DNA of 64,000 bases, taken from contig JBFXJJ010000003.1 of NCBI GenBank assembly GCA_050175015.1, forward strand, positions 96,001 to 160,000, written 5' to 3'. Shown piece after piece: positions 47,701 through 56,411 of the stretch; position 1 is the stretch's first letter, and each line of letters starts with the position of its first letter. The notes below the pieces were generated by a model, which saw only the letters and a list, made by a program, of their open reading frames with translations, had not been told where the DNA came from and ran no database searches. Position numbers and translations under genes: made by a program. This stretch comes from Alphaproteobacteria bacterium (GTDB lineage: Bacteria > Pseudomonadota > Alphaproteobacteria > JBFXJJ01).

Positions 47701-48097
47701 AAGAACCTCTACAACTAGGTGTGGTTGGAAAATACGATTGGTTGCCATCGTCATTAAAGGCTAAAAAATTGGTAGCAGGGGACGTTGGGTCAAAAGAATT
47801 TTCATAAACCAGCATAACGGTATCAACGTTAGCTAATATCTGCCCCATTTTATAGGTTCCAGATGTCGTTGGAGTAAAATATTCTACAACGTAATTATAA
47901 ACATAGCCTCCAGTACCTAGATTACCTGCGGTAGTCGAATTGCCTAGATAGCTATTGGATAATGACCAAGTCTCAACACTATGACTGTCATCATCTGACA
48001 CGGTAAAATATGTAGTAACATCAGCTTCTGCGTGTGTAGCCATAAACGCAAAAACACTGCCTATGAAAATAGACATCAAAAAGTTATTAAATTTCAT
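44777..48097 (-). CDS. Autotransporter with passenger-associated beta-strand repeats
   Basis: Signal peptide, LIKTG.GDLTLTGTNT repeats, LSPGNSPG junction, C-terminal beta-barrel ending VGVKYSW. Confidence 0.92.
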   Translation of the reverse strand: MKFNNFLMSIFIGSVFAFMATHAEADVTTYFTVSDDDSHSVETWSLSNSYLGNSTTAGNLGTGGYVYNYVVEYFTPTTSGTYKMGQILANVDTVMLVYENSFDPTSPATNFLAFNDDGNQSYFPTTPSCRGSSGLCPAFQTELEADTDYYIVISTFSPGTGLTLPQEFFVTGVASVGIGGEPAADPPPSSGPLVLDGSGTEGDSVDLDDRDNEVRFDDGDDVTADLSFDSDTEFDTQDNDGVVSGDLTGNGKLIKTGNGDLTLTGTNTQAGTLIQEGTVIASSDSALGAAGSDLELDGGTLETAAGFTTLARDVDISANNGTLNTGSNDITASGTISGVGKLIKTGTGDLTLTGTNTQAGTLIQEGTVVASSDNALGAAGSDLELDGGTLETAAGFTTLARDVDISANNGTLNTGSNDVTASGTISGVGKLIKAGTGGLTLTGTNTYTGTLIQEGSLIVSSDSALGTSTSSLEFDGGTLTAGTDFTIGRDIEVSGNDGTIDTNGNDVTASGNVSGTGCLVKDGSGKLIMSGLVANSLGACIQQGVLALNGSITGGAIVQAGGTLQGSGTIGGSITVYGNLSPGNSPGILISVGSVVQAVGSTLDIDVDGTGTGIGAGNYDRLLVTGVGSTYTADGELKPILRGITGLANNNFTPEIGDTFDIVEANGGILGEFATLTQPGSGLASGTRFDIIYGDTVISLVVTPTSFTSLPNLKLSGNESEAGKALDQIRPSAGAAIADSNAKYLFDNLSTLDETHMSRALRQITGENKTNSMAVAGQARAETSKVVATRLAGKRNDFKTSAVSPQAEFDLSEETSGITKDIANNILGLSPDNNVWGKVFGKHSKTGADDNALGYTARTFGVVIGGDTKISPKLMTGLAISNMNTELDSEDNGSGRVESWQLLGYSSYTPTENYYIDSSVGFSIDRYRESRIVSLAGGDQYVYGTSSGYSLLGDVEGGKSFITGYGFIVPFVGLRLEWMKQNAFVENGSAAVAMHYFSQTVVAPQTRIGFRTNTEFKSDDGLDGELRARIAWLRDIGNGYYDHSEARLHNTTIRTYPANPGKNALDLATGFSFGEKDNMIFNIDYEAELRENRTSHGVSVGVKYSW
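46550..47347. repeat. Three 267-bp (89-aa) tandem units in the autotransporter passenger; the first two nearly identical
   Basis: GATGTCAACATCACGGGCAAGCGTTGTAAA at 46883 and 47150 (267 bp apart); third unit diverged. Confidence 0.9.
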
Positions 48098-48172
48098 CAG
48101 TTTTCCCCTGATAGTACCCTTTAGCTTAACTTTTTATCAGATTTTTTAAAAAAAAGCTACTATATTTTAGTT

Positions 48173-48715
48173 CTAAAAAACGTTTTTTAACTGCAATATA
48201 ATAGGAGAATTACTTATTGATGGATTGTTTTTAGCATAGTCTAATGCTGTATAGCCATTATCATCTTTAACAATTGTATCAGCCCCGGCTTCGATTAACA
48301 ATTTAAGAGAAAGTCCATCTCGAGTTGAGCGGGCAGCCAACATTAAAGCTGTCACATTAAATTTGCCTACAGCATTGACATCAATATCTGTCTTAAGAAT
48401 CGCCTTTAAGACATCAATATTATAATTGCCTAGAGCCGCCATTAAAACAGTGGCGCCAACGCTATTGCGAGCATTAACCTTGGCCCCTTTTTCAATAAGG
48501 AGCTCAACAACTTCTACCGAAGGATTATATTGAGCAGCAACCATCAAGGCTGTTACACCATTGGGACTGGTATCGTTAACATCAGCTCCATTTTTTATGG
48601 CTTCTTTTATTTCCTTAAAACTGCCATCTTTAATCAAGGTTAAAAAACTTGCATCGGCAAAAACTGTGTTACAGATAAAAATAGCTGTAAAAATTAGGCA
48701 AAAGTATTTTTTCAT
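48173..48715 (-). CDS. Secreted ankyrin-repeat protein
   Basis: Signal peptide from MKKYF; GVTALMVAA, GATVLMAA, VTALMLAA, GYTALDYA repeats. Confidence 0.9.
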   Translation of the reverse strand: MKKYFCLIFTAIFICNTVFADASFLTLIKDGSFKEIKEAIKNGADVNDTSPNGVTALMVAAQYNPSVEVVELLIEKGAKVNARNSVGATVLMAALGNYNIDVLKAILKTDIDVNAVGKFNVTALMLAARSTRDGLSLKLLIEAGADTIVKDDNGYTALDYAKNNPSISNSPIILQLKNVF

Positions 48716-48850
48716 AATTACTTTATATATCAAGGATAATAAAAAATAACAATAGACATTAAGTTTTGAATATTTTTTGATTAAATGATATTTAGATAGT
48801 TGACGAGTTGTAATCTATGATTTATTAATGTTTTTAGATTACCTTTTTGT

Positions 48851-48938
48851 GGAGAGATGGCAGAGTGGTAATGCAGCGGATTGCTAATCCGTGAACCCAG
48901 TTTGGGTTCCCAGGGTTCAAATCCCTGTCTCTCCGCCA
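48851..48938 (+). tRNA. tRNA-Ser (anticodon GCT)
   Basis: GGAGAGA/TCTCTCC acceptor stem, anticodon arm GCGGA-TTGCTAA-TCCGT, long variable arm, GGTTCAAATCC T-arm, encoded CCA. Confidence 0.96.
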
Positions 48939-48942
48939 ATTT

Positions 48943-48976
48943 AAGCCCTTCTTTATAGAAGGGCTTTTTGTTTTTT
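48943..48976 (+). terminator. Intrinsic terminator after tRNA-Ser
   Basis: AAGCCCTTCT-TTAT-AGAAGGGCTT followed by a T-tract. Confidence 0.85.
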
Positions 48977-49058
48977 AAAGGGTCGTTTAAGTTAATTTTG
49001 GCTATTTTATCTGGAGTAAATTAGCAATTTAAATTAGGCTTATATAGAGGTTGTATTT

Positions 49059-49610
49059 ATGGAAAAGCTTGAAAAATTGGGCAGACGAATTTGCATTTTA
49101 GGTCCTAGCTCCAGCGGCAAATCAACTTTAGCTAATGCGTTATCTAAGAAGCTTAATGTAGAATTTTTTCATTTAGATCTCTGCGCTCATTTAGAAAACA
49201 CTGATTGGGTGCGAAAGCCAGATGATATTTTTTTAAAAGATCATAATGAAATTATAGCAAAAGAAAATTGGATTATCGATGGCAACTATCGTGTTTCAAT
49301 GCCGCAGAGAATGGCAAGGGCGACAGGAGTAATATGGCTCGACTTTAATGTTTGGTGTTGTGTTTGGCGTTATGTTAAAAGATGTTATTCTAAAAATCAG
49401 GGGCGTTATGGATCGCTTTCTGGTGCTTCTAGGGAGTTCAATTGGAATCTTATAAAATTTACGATTTATAATTATCCTAAAAACAGGCTAAGGTATCAGG
49501 AAATTTTGCAAGATAAGAAATATCCTGTTTTAAAAATAAAAAATCTGAAAGAGCTCAATCAGTATTATGATTATTGGAAGCTTGATAAAGATATTATAAG
49601 AAATCGTTAA
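49059..49610 (+). CDS. Adenylate-kinase-like P-loop protein (topology modulation protein/FlaR family)
   Basis: RICILGPSSSGKSTLA, FFHLD, WIIDGNY, IWLD. Confidence 0.85.
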   Translation: MEKLEKLGRRICILGPSSSGKSTLANALSKKLNVEFFHLDLCAHLENTDWVRKPDDIFLKDHNEIIAKENWIIDGNYRVSMPQRMARATGVIWLDFNVWCCVWRYVKRCYSKNQGRYGSLSGASREFNWNLIKFTIYNYPKNRLRYQEILQDKKYPVLKIKNLKELNQYYDYWKLDKDIIRNR

Positions 49611-49740
49611 AAAAGTAATATTATAGTAATAATTATAGCATTAAAATAAAGCAAAACTATGATAAAAAGCGTTGCTATTAAAAAGTTTTTTTTAATATAA
49701 TAACTTTTAAAAGCTTTGGGTTTTAAACAGGGAAAATCAC

Positions 49741-52700
49741 GTGAAAAAAGGGCTTCTATTTTTAATAATATTGTTGGGTTTGTTAGCTGCAGCCGTAGTT
49801 TTTTTGCCGTCTTTTGTTGATTGGAACAAATATAAACCTCAAATAGCTCACCAGATTAATCAAGTAATTGGCAGAGAAGTTCTTATTGATGGTGACGTTT
49901 CTTTCCAAATACTTCCTTATCCCTTTCTTTCTCTTGGTCAGACAAGAGTTCGCAATATTTCTGGTTCAGAACAGGAAACTATGGCGAATATTAAAAATAT
50001 CGAAATTACAGTTGAGCCATATTCTTTATTAAAAGGCGAAATAAGAATGAAACGTATTTCGCTGATTAATCCTGAAATAATGTTGGAGGTTCTGGCTGAC
50101 GGTCAAGTTAATTGGAACTTCTTGTTTATGCAGAGAGAAAAAGAAAATAACTTTGATGATTCCTTTGGTAAAATTATTGTTAAAGACAGTATTATTTTAG
50201 ACAGTATTACAGTTCAAAACGGTACGATAATTTATAGTGATAAAAAAAGAAAAATTGAAGAAAGTTTGAATGGTATTACCGCAGATATTGTTGCTAACTC
50301 TTTAAAAGGGCCGTACCGTGCCGATGGTAATTTCAATGTTAGAGATCGTCAAGCAGGCTTTGCGTTGTCGATTGGTGAGATTGGAACAGATAGTCCGACA
50401 GACGTTAATTTTACGGTTTCAGAACTAACTGCGGAAGCTGTCTTAAATCTTTCGGGAGAAGTTTCTAATTCTCCTAATGACAATCTTTTCAGCGGTAATG
50501 TTTCTTTCAATGTTCAAAAAATTCCAGTGCTTTTACCTATTTTAGATTTGAAAAATATTTTCTTTCCTAAAAGCTTAGATATGCCTTTTGCGGTTAACTC
50601 TTCATTTTCTTATAATCCAGGCAAATTTACCGTTGAGGACTTGGTTTTAAAATATGGCGAAACCGCAGCCGCAGGTAAAGCAGTTGTTGCCTTAGAAGAT
50701 GGGCAGCTGCCTGTTACTGATGCTAACTTATATTTTACGCAGTTATCTTTGGATCCGATTGTCGATGCTTTGAAAGAAATGCGAGAGGTTAATCTGGCAA
50801 TTTCCCGCCATATGTTTTTATCTAAAAACATTAATGCTCAGGTATCTTTAGGTGCGAGTTCAATTTCTTATAAAGACGGCAGTTTTAGAAACTTTGAAGC
50901 CAAAACTCTTATTAAAGATGGTATTTTAACCATAGGAGAAGGCAAAACTAACCTTGTTGGTAATTCTATGGTTGGCTTTGCGGGTATCATTACCCCTGAA
51001 GATGGGCTTTTAAAGTATAATTTTGACGTCGATTTTCAATCAGAAAACACCAAACAACTTTTGAAATGGCTTGGTTATGAAAAAAATATAACGTCAGACA
51101 GTATCTTTAGAAACAGCCTTTTTAAAGGAAATATTTCTGGTTCTCCTACTGAGCTTAATATTAGCGAGTTTGAGGCTGCTTTAGATAGAACCAAAGCAAG
51201 AGGAACAATTGGGGCTGCTTTTGCTGATAAAAATGCTTTTGATATCCAAGTAACACTTGATGAAATTAATCTTGATTCTTATATGACGAGTAAGACTGAG
51301 CCTTCAAAAAATATAGAAGAAGCATTAAAAAACAATTTTAACAATTTAAGCATTTTATCAAGCTTTGATGCCAAGGGAAGCATAGTTGTTTCTTCCTTAA
51401 TTTATAATGATGTTCCTGTTAAAGGTGTAAGCTTTGAAGGAGAGTTATCGAGTAATAATCTTACAATTGATAATTTAGATATTCAAAATCTGGCTGGTCT
51501 TAGAGCGCTTTTTAAAGGTGGAACGGGTGGTTTTGGAGAAGAGCCTAGGTTTAATAAATTTTATTATAATATTGAAGGTGAAGGACTGCCGCCATTAATT
51601 GCTCGTCTTGGCTGGACGATGCCTTTTGTAAAAAGCGATGATTTAGGTTTGATTTCGCTTGATGGCACACTTAATGGCGATTTGAATAAATTAGAATTTG
51701 ACTCATCTTTTGGAGCTAGAGGCGGAGTTATAAAAAACAAAGGTTATGTCGAGAAAAAGGTCGATGAGCCCCGCTTTTTTGATATGGAACTTGAGGCATC
51801 TCACCTTAGTTTCAATAAATTTTTAGATATTTTTGGTAAAGGTTATACCGCAGAAGACGGCAGTCTAGGTGTTTTCAAATTTTATAGCAAAATGGCGGGC
51901 AATCTTGATAAATTTAATTTATCAGATATGGAACTCGGTATAGGTCTAAATAAAATAAAAGGCAATCTTACCGTAACATTATCCGGAGATCGTCCTAAAT
52001 TTGAGGGCAATGTCGATTCTGTTTTCTTACAGCTTAATAAATTGTTTCCGAAAGATTCCTTTACCGTCTTTAGTAAAAAAGCAAATGGGACTAATGTTGC
52101 TGGCCGCAAGATTTATAGTAATCCCAATTTTATTTTATCTTCAGCTGTTTTTGTTCCTGAGTTATCATCAAATCTTTTAGTAAAAGTTCAAAATGAACCA
52201 AAGTTTTCAACTGGTATTAAAGCAAAACCACAAGTATCTGTGGTTAAGTTTAAAACCGCTCTGCTTTCAATGTTTGATACAGATTTAGTATGCAAGATTG
52301 ATAAGCTTGAGATGTTCGGATACTCTTTGGAAAAAGCAGAGGGCAAGCTCAAGATTGAAGATAGGGTTCTTGATTTATCAGATTTTAAAACCATATACCG
52401 CAGTGGGACTATAGCTGGAGCATTAAAAGTTGATGTTAAAGAAATTCCTAAAGTCTCAGGAAATATAGATGTTGTTACAATGGAAGGCAAAAAGGATTTC
52501 TTTGGAACAAATATTATGGACGTTAATGGTGGAATAGTGTCGTTTAAAAGCAGTTTTGATACTGTTGGTGAGAGTCAAAAGGAATTCTTTCAAAATTTTA
52601 ACGCTAATGGCGAAATAAGTTTTAGTAATGCGTCAGTGTCAGGATTTGATTTAGGGGCTATAAACGCTCAAACTGCAGGTAAAAGAAACGATAAAAATAT

Positions 52701-54264
52701 TGAAGACCTTATCATGAGATATACTGAAGAGGGAGAAACTCCTTTTGATGAAATTACAGCCAAGTTCAGTGTTGATAAGGGCATTTTAGAAGCTAAAGAT
52801 ATTACAATGCGTGGCGGTCAGGGCAGCGTCAATATTAACTTTAATCTTAACCTTAATGAATGGGTTGTTGCCTCTAAAGCGTCTTTTCAAACGGTAAGTA
52901 ATTCTGAGGTTCCGCCTTTCGAAATAAAACTTATAGGAAATGCAGAGCGCCCAGATTTTAAATTAGAAACAACTATTTTCAGAGAATATTTTAAAAAGCT
53001 TGAAGAATATGACATTGCTCAAGAAAAATCGAGATTAGCCGAAATTGAAAAGAATAGGCTAACAGAGCTTGAAGCAAAATTAAGAGCAGTCATTGTTGAA
53101 TTTGATAAAGATCAGAAAGTAAAAAAAGATACGTTAAGAAGACATAATGCTATATTAAACGCCTCTTATGAAAAAGTGAAAGAAAGCCTTAAAAAAGCAG
53201 AGGCTGTAAAAAGTGAGATAGATGATGCTTTTGCTAAGGCTAAAGATGATTTAGCAAATCAAAAAGATTTAATTTCTGATGAAATATATAAAAGAGCAGA
53301 AAACCTTTTCAAAGAAAAATCTCATAAAGTTATGCTTTCTGAAGTAGATACAGAGAGATTAGATTCTGAAAGCAACAAGCTATCGCAAGTTATAACTTCT
53401 GCTGATAATATGCAGAATCAATTTAATGCTATTTATGAAAAACCTGAAATTCTTGAAGAGGACTTAACCAAAGCAGAAGCTCTAGCTATGAAATCTAAAG
53501 ATTTAATCATAGTTTCAGATGAGGTTTTAAGAAATCTCAGTGAAGAGAAGATAAATCTTGTTAAAACCGTTGACGGCATAGAAAAAGATTTTATTAAATA
53601 TATTAAGGTTGCTTCGGTTCAAGATTTTGTTAAAAGTCTTTCGGAAATTAAAGATAGTTTTCCTAGTATTTTAGAAGAAGCTCAAAGTGCAATAACAAGC
53701 GCTAACGATGAATTTGCAACGTTGGAAGGAGAGTATGCTCTACCAGAAGATGCAGACAAGGCTTTAGCCAGTATCAATTCATCAAAGAAAAAGATAGATG
53801 ACTTTAACGATGGGGTTATTGAAATTTATCAAAAAGCTGAAGCATCAAATAACTTTGATATTTTAGACGGATATTTGCAAGAAGCTCATAAAATCGAACA
53901 GAATGCGCTGCTTGAAAGAAATAATGCTAAAAAAGAGGCTCAAAGAATAATCATTATGGCTAACCAAACTCTAGAAGATGCTAGGGTTGAGGAAGATAGA
54001 AAGAAACAGCTGTTAGATTTGCTTCCAGGGCATAACTTGGTCAAAGACAACACCACTGCTAATTCTGATAATAAATCGGCATTAAAGCCAGGAGAAATCA
54101 GATTGGAACGGGTAATCGTTCCTGAGAGTTTACAGGAGCAGCCGCTTGGTGGCAGCAATTCAAAAAACACAGGAAGCAACACCCAAGCATCTTCTCAGGA
54201 AGCTGTAGAAGAGGAGAAAAAGCCAGAGGTTTCGGGAAACTTAGTTATTCACCGCCGCCATTAG
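49741..54264 (+). CDS. AsmA-family protein with long C-terminal coiled-coil extension
   Basis: N-terminal anchor LPSFVDWNKYKPQI..GREV.IDGD, beta-rich body, AsmA C-terminal GETPFD...GIL motif, then a helical charged region; GTG start. Confidence 0.85.
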   Translation: MKKGLLFLIILLGLLAAAVVFLPSFVDWNKYKPQIAHQINQVIGREVLIDGDVSFQILPYPFLSLGQTRVRNISGSEQETMANIKNIEITVEPYSLLKGEIRMKRISLINPEIMLEVLADGQVNWNFLFMQREKENNFDDSFGKIIVKDSIILDSITVQNGTIIYSDKKRKIEESLNGITADIVANSLKGPYRADGNFNVRDRQAGFALSIGEIGTDSPTDVNFTVSELTAEAVLNLSGEVSNSPNDNLFSGNVSFNVQKIPVLLPILDLKNIFFPKSLDMPFAVNSSFSYNPGKFTVEDLVLKYGETAAAGKAVVALEDGQLPVTDANLYFTQLSLDPIVDALKEMREVNLAISRHMFLSKNINAQVSLGASSISYKDGSFRNFEAKTLIKDGILTIGEGKTNLVGNSMVGFAGIITPEDGLLKYNFDVDFQSENTKQLLKWLGYEKNITSDSIFRNSLFKGNISGSPTELNISEFEAALDRTKARGTIGAAFADKNAFDIQVTLDEINLDSYMTSKTEPSKNIEEALKNNFNNLSILSSFDAKGSIVVSSLIYNDVPVKGVSFEGELSSNNLTIDNLDIQNLAGLRALFKGGTGGFGEEPRFNKFYYNIEGEGLPPLIARLGWTMPFVKSDDLGLISLDGTLNGDLNKLEFDSSFGARGGVIKNKGYVEKKVDEPRFFDMELEASHLSFNKFLDIFGKGYTAEDGSLGVFKFYSKMAGNLDKFNLSDMELGIGLNKIKGNLTVTLSGDRPKFEGNVDSVFLQLNKLFPKDSFTVFSKKANGTNVAGRKIYSNPNFILSSAVFVPELSSNLLVKVQNEPKFSTGIKAKPQVSVVKFKTALLSMFDTDLVCKIDKLEMFGYSLEKAEGKLKIEDRVLDLSDFKTIYRSGTIAGALKVDVKEIPKVSGNIDVVTMEGKKDFFGTNIMDVNGGIVSFKSSFDTVGESQKEFFQNFNANGEISFSNASVSGFDLGAINAQTAGKRNDKNIEDLIMRYTEEGETPFDEITAKFSVDKGILEAKDITMRGGQGSVNINFNLNLNEWVVASKASFQTVSNSEVPPFEIKLIGNAERPDFKLETTIFREYFKKLEEYDIAQEKSRLAEIEKNRLTELEAKLRAVIVEFDKDQKVKKDTLRRHNAILNASYEKVKESLKKAEAVKSEIDDAFAKAKDDLANQKDLISDEIYKRAENLFKEKSHKVMLSEVDTERLDSESNKLSQVITSADNMQNQFNAIYEKPEILEEDLTKAEALAMKSKDLIIVSDEVLRNLSEEKINLVKTVDGIEKDFIKYIKVASVQDFVKSLSEIKDSFPSILEEAQSAITSANDEFATLEGEYALPEDADKALASINSSKKKIDDFNDGVIEIYQKAEASNNFDILDGYLQEAHKIEQNALLERNNAKKEAQRIIIMANQTLEDARVEEDRKKQLLDLLPGHNLVKDNTTANSDNKSALKPGEIRLERVIVPESLQEQPLGGSNSKNTGSNTQASSQEAVEEEKKPEVSGNLVIHRRH

Positions 54265-54415
54265 AACATAGCTAAGGTGTTTTGTATTTAGACCGTCGTA
54301 AAATGTTTGACGTTTAGCTTTAAGTTTAGTTTTAAATAAGCATAGCTAAACAAAAAAGCCATCTGGTATCTTATCCGCATTTAAAGCAGTTTGCTAAGCT
54401 ATCGTAGTAGGGGAT

Positions 54416-54823
54416 TTATTTACTATTTATAAGGTGGCATAAAGAACGAATTAGTCCGAGAGATAACTCAGGATTAGATTCAATTTCTAATATCAGAGTT
54501 TCTTTGTTTATCTTAATAATCTCACTTTCTTCTGTCGCAATAGCAAAAAAGTCAGTCTCTTTGCTTTCCATCATTTCTAAAAAGCCGATACAGTCATTTT
54601 TACCTAAAGTACGGCTGTCGCCATTGCTGTTATGAATTTCAAGGCTACCTTTGAAAACAATAAAAACGGCTTCTGGGGAAGTTTTAGCTGCAATCAAGGT
54701 TTCTCCTGGATTCAATAAAACAATATTGCAGGCATCTAACAAATCAACTAAAGCTTCTTCAGGAACAAAACTGAAGATTGTCGAGTTTTTTGCTGTTTCA
54801 ATTTTTTCAATATTAAGACGCAT
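54416..54823 (-). CDS. Cyclic-nucleotide-binding domain protein
   Basis: IFSFVPEEAL...PGETLI...VFIVFKGSLEI...LGKNDCIGFLE cNMP beta-barrel pattern. Confidence 0.8.
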   Translation of the reverse strand: MRLNIEKIETAKNSTIFSFVPEEALVDLLDACNIVLLNPGETLIAAKTSPEAVFIVFKGSLEIHNSNGDSRTLGKNDCIGFLEMMESKETDFFAIATEESEIIKINKETLILEIESNPELSLGLIRSLCHLINSK

Positions 54824-54837
54824 AGTTTATACTCCTG

Positions 54838-56400
54838 TTATAGGGTGCTGTTAGATGCAATTTCAACAATAATCCACTTAGCTGTTTTGCTAACAAGTTT
54901 TGATTTATCAGATACGGCTTTTTCAAAATATTCAAAGAATATATGATTTTTCATTTTAAAAGCGATAAACAAAGCATAAGCACGAGAAAGTTCTAAATTT
55001 TTATTGTAGTCTGCTGAAAAAATTTGGATAAGACGGTCTTCAAAACGAACCGATGTCTGCGAGAAATATGGTTTTAAACGCAAGGCCTTTTCTTTTAAGG
55101 AAAGATGTTCAATTAGAGGCATACAAATAAGTTTTATTTCATCAGGGAGAGCTTTTTCTAGTTCTTTGGTAGAGTAGAAAGGCAAACCTAATTTAGCATC
55201 ACTTGCAAGCGTAATAAGATTTTTGGTATGAGGTAAAAGGATAGGCAGAAGTTTAAAAACCATTTCTTTGGTTAAATCAAATTCGTATTTAAGAACTCTT
55301 TTTAAATCGGCTATTTCTAAATTAGTTGAAATATCATTAATCGCTGATAGCAGCCAAGATGCGTGTTCTGCTGAGTTGTAAAGACAGATTTTTATGATAG
55401 GAGAAGTCTTATCATCGGCTTTAAAATCCATATCATATAAGCAATCAACAATTTTTTTCTTAGTTAAAAACTTTGTCTGGTTAAGGGTTTTTACTAGGAA
55501 CAAAATAACATTTTCTGACTTTGAAGCCGAAATGTTTTTTAAAAATGTTATTCTTTGCTTTTCAGGGATATTTTGCAAAACTTCATTTAAGTTTTCTAAA
55601 GACATTTTAGGGGCAAAATAACGCATAGCCTTGCAGGCGGCATAAAATAACTTGTTGTTTTTTATTGAAGTTAAAATATGAGGATAGAAGCTGTCATCAC
55701 CACATTTGCCCGCAGTTATTAAGGCGGTACGTTTTACGTGGATATCATCATCGTCGAAAAGGGTTACAAGCTGGTCTAAAAACTCGGTTCTTTTGGTTTT
55801 GCCGATAATGTTTATGCCTATTATCTTTAAAGAAGAATCATCGGTATTTAGAAGTTTTTTAAGATGAACAGAGGCCAGATCAATTTGATTGTCATTACCA
55901 TAAGTTAAAAATGCTTCAATAGCAGCAGCTTTTGTTTTTAAGTCTTCTTCATCTAAATAATTTAGAGCTATTTCTGACGTTTCTGGGCAGCTTGCCATTG
56001 TTTTTGCTAAATATGGAAGGATATTAGGTTTCTTTGCTAACTCATTAATAATATTTTCATTTAAAGGACTTTTTAAGCGTTCAAATATTTCTAATGTTTT
56101 GATGATTTTGAATTCTGAAGATGTTTTTAACTGTAGCTTTAAAAAATTGGCAGCAATGATATTTTTGATTAGAGGAGTTGGAATATCTAAATTTTTTTCA
56201 AAAGAAGTTTCTAAGGCTTTTAAGTATTTTCTTTTAAGAAGGATAAATGCAGGGGTAATAAAAATAAAAAACAGAAGAATTCCTGCCAAAGTTGCTTGAG
56301 GTGCAAAATGAGGAATATTAATCACGACAAGCATAGAAAGGAAACAAAAACCGATAATTTTTATAATGTTATTTATATCGGGAATAATATGATTTTTCAT
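54838..56400 (-). CDS. HEAT-repeat protein with two N-terminal TM helices
   Basis: LDEEDLKTKAAA, LFDDDDIHVKRTALITAG, DKSKLVSKTA HEAT-like units. Confidence 0.7.
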   Translation of the reverse strand: MKNHIIPDINNIIKIIGFCFLSMLVVINIPHFAPQATLAGILLFFIFITPAFILLKRKYLKALETSFEKNLDIPTPLIKNIIAANFLKLQLKTSSEFKIIKTLEIFERLKSPLNENIINELAKKPNILPYLAKTMASCPETSEIALNYLDEEDLKTKAAAIEAFLTYGNDNQIDLASVHLKKLLNTDDSSLKIIGINIIGKTKRTEFLDQLVTLFDDDDIHVKRTALITAGKCGDDSFYPHILTSIKNNKLFYAACKAMRYFAPKMSLENLNEVLQNIPEKQRITFLKNISASKSENVILFLVKTLNQTKFLTKKKIVDCLYDMDFKADDKTSPIIKICLYNSAEHASWLLSAINDISTNLEIADLKRVLKYEFDLTKEMVFKLLPILLPHTKNLITLASDAKLGLPFYSTKELEKALPDEIKLICMPLIEHLSLKEKALRLKPYFSQTSVRFEDRLIQIFSADYNKNLELSRAYALFIAFKMKNHIFFEYFEKAVSDKSKLVSKTAKWIIVEIASNSTL

Positions 56401-56411
56401 TAAATTTAGTC

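Noticed and set aside
48851-48938. tRNA-Ser (or ssrA) as attachment site of a genomic island
   Set aside because: No duplicated 3' end and no integrase noticed in the window
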